A stretch of 60,436 nucleotides of DNA, filler included. It is 5 parts of 5 records of this genome, joined end to end, with 100 filler letters (N's around TTAATTAATTAA, not from the genome) between each part and the next. Parts side by side here need not be neighbours in the genome. Positions count along the whole stretch, not along the records: positions 31,375 to 43,430 come from DRR723986_8071; positions 43,531 to 51,197 come from DRR723986_8072; 3 more parts are not named here. The stretch is one strand, 5' to 3'. The notes below the pieces were generated by a model that ran no database searches, was not told where the DNA came from, and was given only the letters and a program-made list of their open reading frames with translations. Shown piece by piece: positions 38,668 through 47,887 of the stretch. The stretch's first letter is position 1, and every line of letters begins with the position of its first letter. Made by a program: the position numbers and the translations under genes.

Positions 38668-39732
38668 ATGGAAAGTATTTCTCGTTACGGAGCGCCGCCT
38701 ACACGTCTGATTTCTATGATGAAATCTTTTGAGTATCCGTTCCGAAATGTCCATGCGGGTGACCGCTTCGTGATCCTAACCGATGATCAGATGGACCCGC
38801 TGATTTGGCAGGCAATGATGGGCGCATTGCACGCTCGTGGAGCTGAAGCATGCCTGTGTCTTTACCCCAAGCGTGCTTATCATTGTGCTGATCCGTCGCC
38901 TATGGCCGTCGGTGCCGCTAAGGAAGCGGATGTTGTGATAGCACTGACGACCACAGCTCTGAACAGTGGTACGCCTGGGCTGCGTGAAATTAGATCGGAA
39001 GGTGGGGCCAAGGGTAAAACACCGGTATGGTTGTGGGAAGAAATCAACCAAGAAATCCTTATTGAAGGCGGTGGATCCTGCACCGAAGAGGATGTTGAGG
39101 AAATGTGTGCAATCCAGCGTCGGATGGGTGAGATCTGTGACGCAGGTAACACGATCCATGTGACGACTGAGGCGGGAACCGACTTGCGAGCGGATATTAC
39201 AGGGTATCCGCCCGGTGCCTTGGCGCGGCGTTGGGGGGCGCTCCCGTTTGAACGCGATGCTGCTTCTGGGCGGTTTGGCCTGAGCCCCGGCACCTGGCCT
39301 TTTGGTGAGTTCCATGTGGAACCTGTGGCTGGGACTGCCAACGGCGTCGTTGTTTGGGAGCAGACCGGCCAGCATCCGGCAGGTCATTGGCATAATCCAG
39401 TGCGTGTCGAGATCAAGGCTGGCAAAGTTGTGGACATCTCTGGGGGGCATGAAGCTGATCAGATTCGGGCCTATCTCAACGCTTATGGTGACGAGAACTC
39501 TTGGATGGTCGGTGGTGAGATCTCTATCGGAACAAACCGGAAATGTCCGCCTCATACCGGCAACATGCGCAGTGAAAAGAAAAGATATGGCGCGATGCAT
39601 TTCGGTATCGGGCATGGCGCTGATCGTGGTGAGGTGATCAGTCGGCTGCGTTATGAAGGTATTTGCGACCGGGTAACGATGGTGGTGGACGACGTTCATG
39701 TCTTAGCGAAAAATGGTGAGATCAAAGTATGA
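38668..39732 (+). CDS. M29 aminopeptidase-fold protein (aminopeptidase T/NicX-like), divergent
   Basis: IHVTTEAGTDL, WPFGE..P..GTANG, GEISIGTN, GAMHFGIG. Confidence 0.65.
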   Translation: MESISRYGAPPTRLISMMKSFEYPFRNVHAGDRFVILTDDQMDPLIWQAMMGALHARGAEACLCLYPKRAYHCADPSPMAVGAAKEADVVIALTTTALNSGTPGLREIRSEGGAKGKTPVWLWEEINQEILIEGGGSCTEEDVEEMCAIQRRMGEICDAGNTIHVTTEAGTDLRADITGYPPGALARRWGALPFERDAASGRFGLSPGTWPFGEFHVEPVAGTANGVVVWEQTGQHPAGHWHNPVRVEIKAGKVVDISGGHEADQIRAYLNAYGDENSWMVGGEISIGTNRKCPPHTGNMRSEKKRYGAMHFGIGHGADRGEVISRLRYEGICDRVTMVVDDVHVLAKNGEIKV

Positions 39733-40082
39733 CCTGCGCGCTTTCTGATGCTGACGTGGTTCGCCTTGTACATGCTTTCCGTCTTACTAGCAGTACTGAA
39801 CTCGACTTGTGCGTTGGAACGACAAAGTTACGTCTTGGTGGGCTGCGGGTGGAAAGCTCGGTCGAACGTGTGACTGCTCCGGTGGTTGGGATTTTTCAGG
39901 CCGATGCTGCACTAGGGGATGCTGTGCAGTCAGATAGCATTCTTGGCCGTATTAAATCTGTACAGGCCGAAACACTGGTGCATGCGAGACGGGCCGGAGT
40001 GATCACCAAGATGATCGCAATGGACGGCGAATTCGTCGAGTATAGTGCCCCGCTGGCGGAAGTCCGGTTCGCGGTAGGCTAG
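39729..40082 (+). CDS. Biotinyl/lipoyl-fold protein lacking the biotin-accepting MK motif
   Basis: VTAPVVGIF..GD.V..GRIKSVQ..AGVI..DGEFVEYSAPL. Confidence 0.7.
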   Translation: MTCALSDADVVRLVHAFRLTSSTELDLCVGTTKLRLGGLRVESSVERVTAPVVGIFQADAALGDAVQSDSILGRIKSVQAETLVHARRAGVITKMIAMDGEFVEYSAPLAEVRFAVG

Positions 40083-40086
40083 GGTG

Positions 40087-41463
40087 ATGGAACGGATATT
40101 CATTGCTAACAGAGGCGAGATCGCTCTCCGGATCATCCGGGCCTGCAAGGAGGCTGGTCTGCAAACGGTGTTGGGCATATCCGAAGTTGATCAAGGATCG
40201 CTGCCTGCGCAATTTGCGACACGTACGGTCATTATCGGACCGGCGTTATCGGCTGAAAGTTATCTGAATTTGGATGCAGTGGTGACTGCAGCGCTTGGGA
40301 CCGGGTGTGATGCCCTACACCCAGGTTACGGTTTCCTTGCAGAAAATGCTGACTTTGCGGAATTGTGTTCCCAGCAGGACCTGATTTTTATAGGTCCTAG
40401 AGCAAAAACGATCCGAGACCTCGGCGATAAGATTAGCGCGCGGCGCTTGGCGCAGGCGGCGGGTGTACCGGTAGTACCGGGACGTGACCGGCTCGAAAGT
40501 CATGCCGACGCCTTGGCTGCAGCGGAAGACATTGGTTTCCCCATACTGCTAAAGGCTGCGGCAGGTGGCGGTGGACGTGGCATGCAAGTGGTCAGGGATC
40601 GGAAAGCTCTTGCTAGCGCTTTCGACACCGCGCGCGCCGAGGCATGGGCGGCATTTGGTAATGGCACCCTCTATGCTGAGCGTTTCGTGGAGCGAGCGCG
40701 GCATATTGAGGTGCAAGTCCTGGGCGATGGTCAAGGGAAGGTTCTACACTTGGGCGAACGCGACTGCACTCTGCAACGGCGCTACCAGAAGATTATCGAA
40801 GAGGGTCCCGCTACTCAATTGCCAGCCGGTGTCGTGGCGCAGATGCACCAAGCGGCAGTCAACCTGGCAGTCTCGGTCTCTTATCTAGGCGCTGGAACGG
40901 TTGAGTTTATCTTCGATCAGGATACAGGTGAGTTTTATTTCTTAGAGGTTAACACGCGTATCCAAGTTGAGCATCCAGTAACTGAGATGTTAACCGGCGT
41001 CGACCTCGTGCGGCAACAATTGCGTATTGCCGCTGGAGAACCACTTGAACTCAATCAGGATGACATTGTGCTGACTGGCCACGCCATCGAATGCCGGATC
41101 AATGCCGAAACAGTATCCAGTGGCTTCTGGCCTGCGCCTGGCAAGATAATTACGTGGGATCCCCCTGAAGGGACAGGTATTCGTGTCGACAGCCATTGCC
41201 ACCCGGGATATGTGGTGCCGCCCTTTTACGACTCTATGCTGGCTAAGCTTATTGTACACGGCAGCGACCGCTCCGACGCGCTGCGCCGTATGAGTGACGC
41301 GCTGGCAGCGTTCCGGCAGACGGGCGTTGACACAACCTTGGGATTTCTCCGGGCCTTGATCGAGCGCCCGGAAGTTTTGTCCAACGAGGTTAACACCCGC
41401 TGGGTGGAAACGGTGTTACAAGATCCAGATTTTTTGGGGAGATTGGAAAGGGAACGACAATGA
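40087..41463 (+). CDS. Biotin carboxylase (AccC-like)
   Basis: IANRGEIA, HPGYGFLAEN, GGGGRGM, ERDCTLQRRYQK, EVNTRIQVEHPVTE, YDSMLAK. Confidence 0.95.
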   Translation: MERIFIANRGEIALRIIRACKEAGLQTVLGISEVDQGSLPAQFATRTVIIGPALSAESYLNLDAVVTAALGTGCDALHPGYGFLAENADFAELCSQQDLIFIGPRAKTIRDLGDKISARRLAQAAGVPVVPGRDRLESHADALAAAEDIGFPILLKAAAGGGGRGMQVVRDRKALASAFDTARAEAWAAFGNGTLYAERFVERARHIEVQVLGDGQGKVLHLGERDCTLQRRYQKIIEEGPATQLPAGVVAQMHQAAVNLAVSVSYLGAGTVEFIFDQDTGEFYFLEVNTRIQVEHPVTEMLTGVDLVRQQLRIAAGEPLELNQDDIVLTGHAIECRINAETVSSGFWPAPGKIITWDPPEGTGIRVDSHCHPGYVVPPFYDSMLAKLIVHGSDRSDALRRMSDALAAFRQTGVDTTLGFLRALIERPEVLSNEVNTRWVETVLQDPDFLGRLERERQ

Positions 41464-41927
41464 GTGAAATGACCTATCGAGACGTCGTTCGTATCTTGGA
41501 GTTGATCGACACATCTGATTGCTTGGATCTTAACCTTCATTTAGGAGAGCTCAAACTTAAGGTGACGCGTAGTCGTGGCCCAGTGCCTGCTCGATCACTT
41601 CAGGCTGAGAGCCAGTCAGAACTTCCCATAGGCACAGAAAAGGTCCCGTCTTCGCTCCTGGGGAGTGATGGTGTACACCCCGGCGCCACTCCGATCTACG
41701 CCCCGATGGGCGGTGTGTTTTACGCTTCGCCAGCACCAGGTGAGCCCCCGTTTGTGTCCGAAGGTCAGGTGGTGAAGGCAGGCGATCAAGTTGGGATCGT
41801 CGAGGTCATGAAACTCTTTACGGCTGTAACCGCACCCTGCGACGGGACGGTGGTATCGATACTTGTTGATAATCATGATGCCATCAAAAAAGATGATACG
41901 CTGATGTTGCTCGAGGTGCAGGCATGA
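41460..41927 (+). CDS. Biotin carboxyl carrier protein
   Basis: APMGGVFY..PFV..EVMKLF. Confidence 0.92.
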   Translation: MSEMTYRDVVRILELIDTSDCLDLNLHLGELKLKVTRSRGPVPARSLQAESQSELPIGTEKVPSSLLGSDGVHPGATPIYAPMGGVFYASPAPGEPPFVSEGQVVKAGDQVGIVEVMKLFTAVTAPCDGTVVSILVDNHDAIKKDDTLMLLEVQA

Positions 41928-43393
41928 CGCGTAAAATAAAACTGGTCGACGAAACCCTGCGTAACGCTCAACAATCTCTCTGGGCCACGCGTATGCGTAC
42001 TGAAAGCATGTTGCCGATTGCTGATGTGATCGACCGGGCTGGCTTCGAAACAGTCTGTGTTGCTGCCGGAGTAAGCTTTGAAACGTCAGCGATGTACCTC
42101 CACGAGGATCCGTGGGAACGCATGCGTCAGTTGCGTTGGCGCATGCCGAAAACGAGGTTTGATGTGTTAGTGCGAGCACGAAACCTTTGGGGCTGGAAGG
42201 CGCAGCCATATGACGTGCAAACTTTGTTCTTGGAAACGCTGCAGCGCAATGGTGTCGACAGTTTCAAGCTGTTTGACGGATTAAACGATCTTCGAAATAT
42301 GGAATATTTCCTGTCAGAAGGTGTGCGATTGGGATTTGACGTCAAAGTCCTTTTAGGGTGGAATGAAAGCCCTGCGCATACCGATACCTACTTGGCGAGT
42401 AAGGCGACCGAGATTGTATCTCACGGGGTTAATGGGCTGATTTTGTCGGATTCCCCTGGTGTTATGACTGCTGAACGAGCGCATTCTTCTGTGGCGGCTG
42501 TACGCCAAGCAGTCGGGGACATGGATCTGCATTTTCATTGTCATACAAGTGGAGGATTAGGTAGAAGCGCATGCCGAGAGGCAATCCGCGCAGGTGCAAA
42601 TGTGATCTGGACTGCAGCGCGTCCGCTCGCATGGGGGGCGGCCTTGCCCTATGTAGGCGACATCGTTGAGATGGCCTGTGAGGAGGGCTATACGGTTGAC
42701 GCTGACATGTCTGTCTTAAAAGAGATCGACGACTGGTTCTACTGGGTTGCGTACAAAGAAGGCTACAAGGTTCACGATGAAAAGCCTTTCGATCCGGCGT
42801 TCTACCAACGTTATGTTGGGCACCAGATACCTGGAGGTATGATCTCAAACTTGGTCCAGCAACTTAAAGACCGAGGACTTGAAGATAGGATGCCAGAGGT
42901 ATTGGAAGAGGCTGGGCGTATCCGGCGAGAACTAGGCTATCCGCACATGTCGACTCCGTTTTCGCAATTTGTGGGGGTGCAGGCGGTCATGAATGTGATC
43001 CAAAACGAGCGCTACGCTAACCCGCCCGATGCTCTGAGGATATATGCGCGCGGCGGCTTTGGTCGCACGATTGCTGAGATGGACCCAAATGTACGCGATC
43101 GATTGACCCAGGGGCTGCCTGACCTAGATCCTCTCGAGGGGTTTGATGAACCACTTCTGCCCAAAATCCGCTCTGAGTATGGCCCTTTCGATTCAGATGA
43201 GGATCTCCTGACATTCCTGTTTCTTCACCCAGCGGCCTATCAGGGTTTTCGGGCAAACCGCATGCCTATTGTCGATCGTCCGCGGCCGCATCCTGTGGTT
43301 TGCCTGGCCGAAGAACTCATGGCGCGGAAAGAACTGATGCAGGTCGAGATTAGCCATGGCGATGATCTTTCATTGGTGGTCAGCAATGAGTGA
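41924..43393 (+). CDS. Pyruvate-carboxylase/oxaloacetate-decarboxylase-type carboxyltransferase, divergent, no biotin domain
   Basis: DETLRNAQQSLWATRM, EDPWER, FDGLND, HFHCH, HQIPGGMISNL, LGYPHMSTPFSQ. Confidence 0.85.
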   Translation: MTRKIKLVDETLRNAQQSLWATRMRTESMLPIADVIDRAGFETVCVAAGVSFETSAMYLHEDPWERMRQLRWRMPKTRFDVLVRARNLWGWKAQPYDVQTLFLETLQRNGVDSFKLFDGLNDLRNMEYFLSEGVRLGFDVKVLLGWNESPAHTDTYLASKATEIVSHGVNGLILSDSPGVMTAERAHSSVAAVRQAVGDMDLHFHCHTSGGLGRSACREAIRAGANVIWTAARPLAWGAALPYVGDIVEMACEEGYTVDADMSVLKEIDDWFYWVAYKEGYKVHDEKPFDPAFYQRYVGHQIPGGMISNLVQQLKDRGLEDRMPEVLEEAGRIRRELGYPHMSTPFSQFVGVQAVMNVIQNERYANPPDALRIYARGGFGRTIAEMDPNVRDRLTQGLPDLDPLEGFDEPLLPKIRSEYGPFDSDEDLLTFLFLHPAAYQGFRANRMPIVDRPRPHPVVCLAEELMARKELMQVEISHGDDLSLVVSNE

Positions 43394-43430
43394 AACGGCT
43401 GTGTCAGAGGAACTTTGCTTGAGGCAGGGC
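43386..43430 (+). CDS. Start of the next gene in the operon (truncated)
   Basis: ATG overlapping the carboxyltransferase end: MSETAVSEELCLRQG, open to the gap. Confidence 0.4.
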
Positions 43431-43530
43431 NNNNNNNNNNNNNNNNNNNNNNNNNNNNNNNNNNNNNNNNNNNNTTAATTAATTAANNNNNNNNNNNNNN
43501 NNNNNNNNNNNNNNNNNNNNNNNNNNNNNN
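43431..43530. other. Artificial contig junction
   Basis: N-run with TTAATTAATTAA. Confidence 0.98.
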
Positions 43531-44159
<629 letters not shown>

Positions 44160-44163
<4 letters not shown>

Positions 44164-44312
44164 CTGCCCCGTTTCTGTGTGGACCCGGCGCGCTTGGCTT
44201 CCGCTTTGACGCGCGCCTTGTCTGCTGCAGCTGCCAATTGCCCTGCGGCCCCCGCCAACAACAGCCCCAACGCACCCAGTGCGGCCAGTTCACCAAGAAA
44301 TGAAAATGTCAT
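44160..44312 (-). CDS. Small hypothetical protein (50 aa, one hydrophobic segment)
   Basis: MTFSFLGELAALGALGLLLAG..; ATGA and GTGA overlaps with both neighbours. Confidence 0.5.
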
Positions 44313-44482
44313 CTGCGATCCAATTCTTGCAACTTTATCGCCATCACCCACAACAGAACCAACAGTCCCAGCGGGATAAGGCAGGCCAACGCCCAAAGCT
44401 TGTTGATGCCAAAGTGCGGCAGCAGCTTAAGCAGCGGTATTACCGTCGCTACGGCAATGATCATCCAGATAATGAACCCCAT
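44309..44482 (-). CDS. Small membrane protein (57 aa, two TM segments)
   Basis: [60 protein letters not shown] overlaps the nuoC stop (TAATG); below the ORF-track cutoff. Confidence 0.75.
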   Translation of the reverse strand: MGFIIWMIIAVATVIPLLKLLPHFGINKLWALACLIPLGLLVLLWVMAIKLQELDRR

Positions 44483-45087
44483 TACTTGGCCTCCTGCTTT
44501 TCATCCCCTGGCAGAATGTACTCCGCCCCCTCCCAGGGACTCATGAAGTCAAACTGGCGATATTCCTGAACCAAGCTGACTGGCTCATAGACAACCCGCT
44601 TTTGCGATTCATCATAACGCACCTCGGTATACCCAGTGGTCGGGAAATCCTTGCGCAGCGGATACCCACGGAACCCATAGTCGGTCAGGATGCGGCGTAG
44701 ATCCGGGTGCCCGGAAAACAGAATGCCGAACATGTCAAAGACTTCGCGCTCGAACCAATTGGCTGAGGGGTGCACATCTGAAATCGAGGGGACCATGTCG
44801 TCTTCACGGATCGAAACCCTCAGACGGATACGGTGGTTCTGATACATCGACAGAAAGTGGTACACCACATCAAACCGTTTGGCGCGCTCTGGGTAATCAA
44901 CACCGGTAATGTCCACGAGGCTCGAAAACTTGCAGGTCGGGTCGGTTTTCAGAAAATCAATGAAATCAACGATGTTGGACGGGGCCACGTTCACAGTCAG
45001 CTCACCGTGGGTCACGTCCCAAACCAAAACACAATCAGGGCGTTTCAGCTCGATATAGGCGCCAAGTTCTTTCAGTGCATCACTCAT
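44482..45087 (-). CDS. nuoC: NADH-quinone oxidoreductase subunit C
   Basis: [39 protein letters not shown]. Confidence 0.97.
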   Translation of the reverse strand: MSDALKELGAYIELKRPDCVLVWDVTHGELTVNVAPSNIVDFIDFLKTDPTCKFSSLVDITGVDYPERAKRFDVVYHFLSMYQNHRIRLRVSIREDDMVPSISDVHPSANWFEREVFDMFGILFSGHPDLRRILTDYGFRGYPLRKDFPTTGYTEVRYDESQKRVVYEPVSLVQEYRQFDFMSPWEGAEYILPGDEKQEAK

Positions 45088-45617
45088 CGTACGATCGTCC
45101 CCGTGCGGCGAATTTTACGTTGCAGCTGCATCAATCCATACAGCAGTGCCTCGGCCGTTGGGGGACACCCTGGAACATAGATATCGACAGGAACAACCCG
45201 GTCACAGCCACGCACAACTGAATAGCTATAGTGGTAATACCCGCCCCCGTTGGCGCATGACCCCATCGAGATCACATAGCGTGGCTCAGGCATCTGGTCG
45301 TAAACCTTGCGCAGGGCTGGCGCCATTTTGTTGGTCAACGTACCCGCAACAATCATGACGTCGGACTGACGCGGAGACGCACGCGGCGCGATCCCAAAGC
45401 GTTCGGCGTCATAGCGCGGCATTGAGGTGTGCATCATCTCAACTGCGCAACACGCCAGACCAAACGTCATCCAATGCAACGACCCGGTCCGGGCCCAGTT
45501 GATGATATCCTCAGAAGAGGTCAGCAGAAACCCTTTGTCCTGCAACTCTGCATTCAACGCCTGTGTGGCAACTTCTTTGTCGACACCAGCCGTGTTCGCC
45601 CCGGTCATCACTCCCAT
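45084..45617 (-). CDS. nuoB: NADH-quinone oxidoreductase subunit B
   Basis: [30 protein letters not shown]. Confidence 0.97.
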   Translation of the reverse strand: MGVMTGANTAGVDKEVATQALNAELQDKGFLLTSSEDIINWARTGSLHWMTFGLACCAVEMMHTSMPRYDAERFGIAPRASPRQSDVMIVAGTLTNKMAPALRKVYDQMPEPRYVISMGSCANGGGYYHYSYSVVRGCDRVVPVDIYVPGCPPTAEALLYGLMQLQRKIRRTGTIVR

Positions 45618-45973
45618 TCCAAGGCTCCCTTCTTCCATTCGTAGGCAAACCCGATGGTCAGCACACCCAAGAAGACCATCATCGACCAGAAACCAACCAT
45701 GCTCACATCCTTAAAGGCCACCGCCCAGGGGAACAGGAAGGCAATTTCGAGATCGAAAATGATGAAGAGGATCGAAACCAGATAGAACCGAACGTCGAAC
45801 TTCATCCGCGCATCATCGAATGCGTTAAAGCCGCATTCATAGGCGCTGACCTTTTCAGGATCGGGATTGCGAACAGCCAAAACGACAGCCGCAAGGATCA
45901 AAACGACCCCTAGACCGACCGCAACAGCCAGAAAAACTAATATAGGGAGGTACTCCCGCAAAAGTTCATCCAC
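45608..45973 (-). CDS. nuoA: NADH-quinone oxidoreductase subunit A
   Basis: [32 protein letters not shown]. Confidence 0.97.
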   Translation of the reverse strand: MDELLREYLPILVFLAVAVGLGVVLILAAVVLAVRNPDPEKVSAYECGFNAFDDARMKFDVRFYLVSILFIIFDLEIAFLFPWAVAFKDVSMVGFWSMMVFLGVLTIGFAYEWKKGALEWE

Positions 45974-46155
45974 AAGTGGCTCCTTTCTTGCGCGTCATAC
46001 CTGCGCGCCGTCAATTGGCGTATAGACTCGGTGATTTCTAACCGTGTGCCGACGGAGCGTCAACCAAGCGAACGCTCTGACGGTCAGTTTAATCAAGGCA
46101 ATAGGTCGCGGGAATTAACTGGTTTTTCATTTTCTCGCGACTTTGTGCGACTACG

Positions 46156-46944
46156 TCAAACCTGAGTCATCCATGCAGGTTTCCGTTTGTCGAAAAAGGC
46201 CTGGATCCCATCGTTGGCCTCTTGGGTTTCCCAACGGTCGACCAAAGCCTGAATTGTATGATCAATCACGGCGTCATTGATGGGCGTTCCAAGATCCCGG
46301 GTCAGCTGCTTAGCTGCCGCAACGGCACCCGGCGCACAGCTCAGGTATGGCACAACTTCAGCCTCAACCGCATCCGCCAGCTGATCGGCGGGCACCACAC
46401 GGGCCAACAACCCCAGATCACAGGCTTCTTGCGCACCAAAGATCCGCCCTGACATGAACACCCGACGCGCGCGCGCCTCGCCCATGCGCGAAATGACATA
46501 AGGGCCAATGGTGGCTGGAATGATCCCAAGCCGGGTTTCCGTTAGCCCCATCTTCAGGCTGTCGACCCCAATCGCAATATCACAAACAGACGCCATCCCA
46601 ACGCCGCCGCCAAAGGCATTCCCCTGTAGCGCTCCGATCAAGGGCTTAGGCAATGTATTGAGCGCCTGCAACATCTCGGCCAACTTACGGGCCTCGACAA
46701 ATCGAGTGGCCGCATCAGCCGCCATTTGGTCCTGCATCCACGCCAGATCACCGCCAGCGCAAAATGTTTTGCCGGCCCCGGTCAGGATCACAACACGCAC
46801 GGCATCATCTGTTGCCAGTTGGTTTGCTGCTGCCGTCAGCTCCGCCAGCATTTGCGCCGACATCGCGTTGTGTTTTTCAACGCGATTCAGGGTCAAGGTG
46901 GCCACGCCGCGCGCGTCCACCTCCAATTTTAGAGTTTCGTACAT
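46156..46944 (-). CDS. liuC: Crotonase-family enzyme, probable methylglutaconyl-CoA hydratase
   Basis: FCAGGDL, AFGGGVG, ETRLGIIPATIGPYV; position after HMG-CoA lyase. Confidence 0.8.
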   Translation of the reverse strand: MYETLKLEVDARGVATLTLNRVEKHNAMSAQMLAELTAAANQLATDDAVRVVILTGAGKTFCAGGDLAWMQDQMAADAATRFVEARKLAEMLQALNTLPKPLIGALQGNAFGGGVGMASVCDIAIGVDSLKMGLTETRLGIIPATIGPYVISRMGEARARRVFMSGRIFGAQEACDLGLLARVVPADQLADAVEAEVVPYLSCAPGAVAAAKQLTRDLGTPINDAVIDHTIQALVDRWETQEANDGIQAFFDKRKPAWMTQV

Positions 46945-46952
46945 TTTGGTCC

Positions 46953-47807
46953 TTATTCTGTACGCATTGCGCGCGCCATTTCAGCGGCCTCTTGCACCAC
47001 TGCCATATCGAGGCCTGTTTGATATCCCAGCCGTTCCAGATGTTCGGCCACGGCTTCGGTTGCGACGTTGCCGGCAGCGCCCGGGGCGTAAGGGCATCCA
47101 CCCAATCCCCCAACCGCGGCATCGAATACGCGCACGCCCATCGCAAGGGACGCATCAATATTCTCAAGCGCTCGTCCGGCTGTATCGTGATAATGCCCAG
47201 CGATCCGGGTCATAGGTACGCGTTCACGCACCGCCAACAGCATCCGGGCAATGCTGTCCGGCGTTCCCTGCCCGATCGTGTCGCCGAGGGAGATTTCATA
47301 ACACCCCAGCGAAAACAGCCGATCAGCCACTTCGGCCACTTTTTCCGGCGCAGTCGGGCCATCAAATGGGCAATCCGTGACACAGGATACATAGCCTCGT
47401 ACCGGCATATCAATGTGACGCGCCGCTTCTAAAATCGGAACAAAGCGGGCGATGGATTCTTCGATTGTGGCGTTGATATTGGCCTTGGAAAACCCTTCGG
47501 ATGCGGACGCAAAAATCGCGATTTCGTCCGCCTTGGCCCCCATTGCGCCCTCATATCCCTGCATATTTGGCGTCAGTGCGGCATACCGCACCCCTTCGGC
47601 ACGGGTGATTCCGGCCAAAACATCGGCACTGCCCGCCATCTGAGGCACCCATTTAGGAGAAACAAAGCTTGCGACTTCGATCCGCTGAAACCCGGCCCGG
47701 CTGAGACAATCAACCAAGGCCACCTTTTCAGCGACAGGAATTTCACGTTTTTCGTTCTGCAGACCATCGCGTGGCCCCATTTCGAAAATCTCGACCCGTT
47801 CGCTCAT
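46953..47807 (-). CDS. hmgL: Hydroxymethylglutaryl-CoA lyase
   Basis: GPRDGLQNE, SFVSPKWVPQM, HYHDT, GLGGCPYAPGAAGNVATE. Confidence 0.95.
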   Translation of the reverse strand: MSERVEIFEMGPRDGLQNEKREIPVAEKVALVDCLSRAGFQRIEVASFVSPKWVPQMAGSADVLAGITRAEGVRYAALTPNMQGYEGAMGAKADEIAIFASASEGFSKANINATIEESIARFVPILEAARHIDMPVRGYVSCVTDCPFDGPTAPEKVAEVADRLFSLGCYEISLGDTIGQGTPDSIARMLLAVRERVPMTRIAGHYHDTAGRALENIDASLAMGVRVFDAAVGGLGGCPYAPGAAGNVATEAVAEHLERLGYQTGLDMAVVQEAAEMARAMRTE

Positions 47808-47887
47808 CTCGTGCCCTTCTCTTGGTTTTATTCAGGATAATAGATCCAACACCTGCAGCCTGCGCTTAGGTGTTGGATTTGGCAAGG

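Noticed and set aside
40087-41927. Housekeeping acetyl-CoA carboxylase accBC
   Set aside because: Embedded in a catabolic operon with a pyruvate-carboxylase-type, not AccAD-type, transferase.
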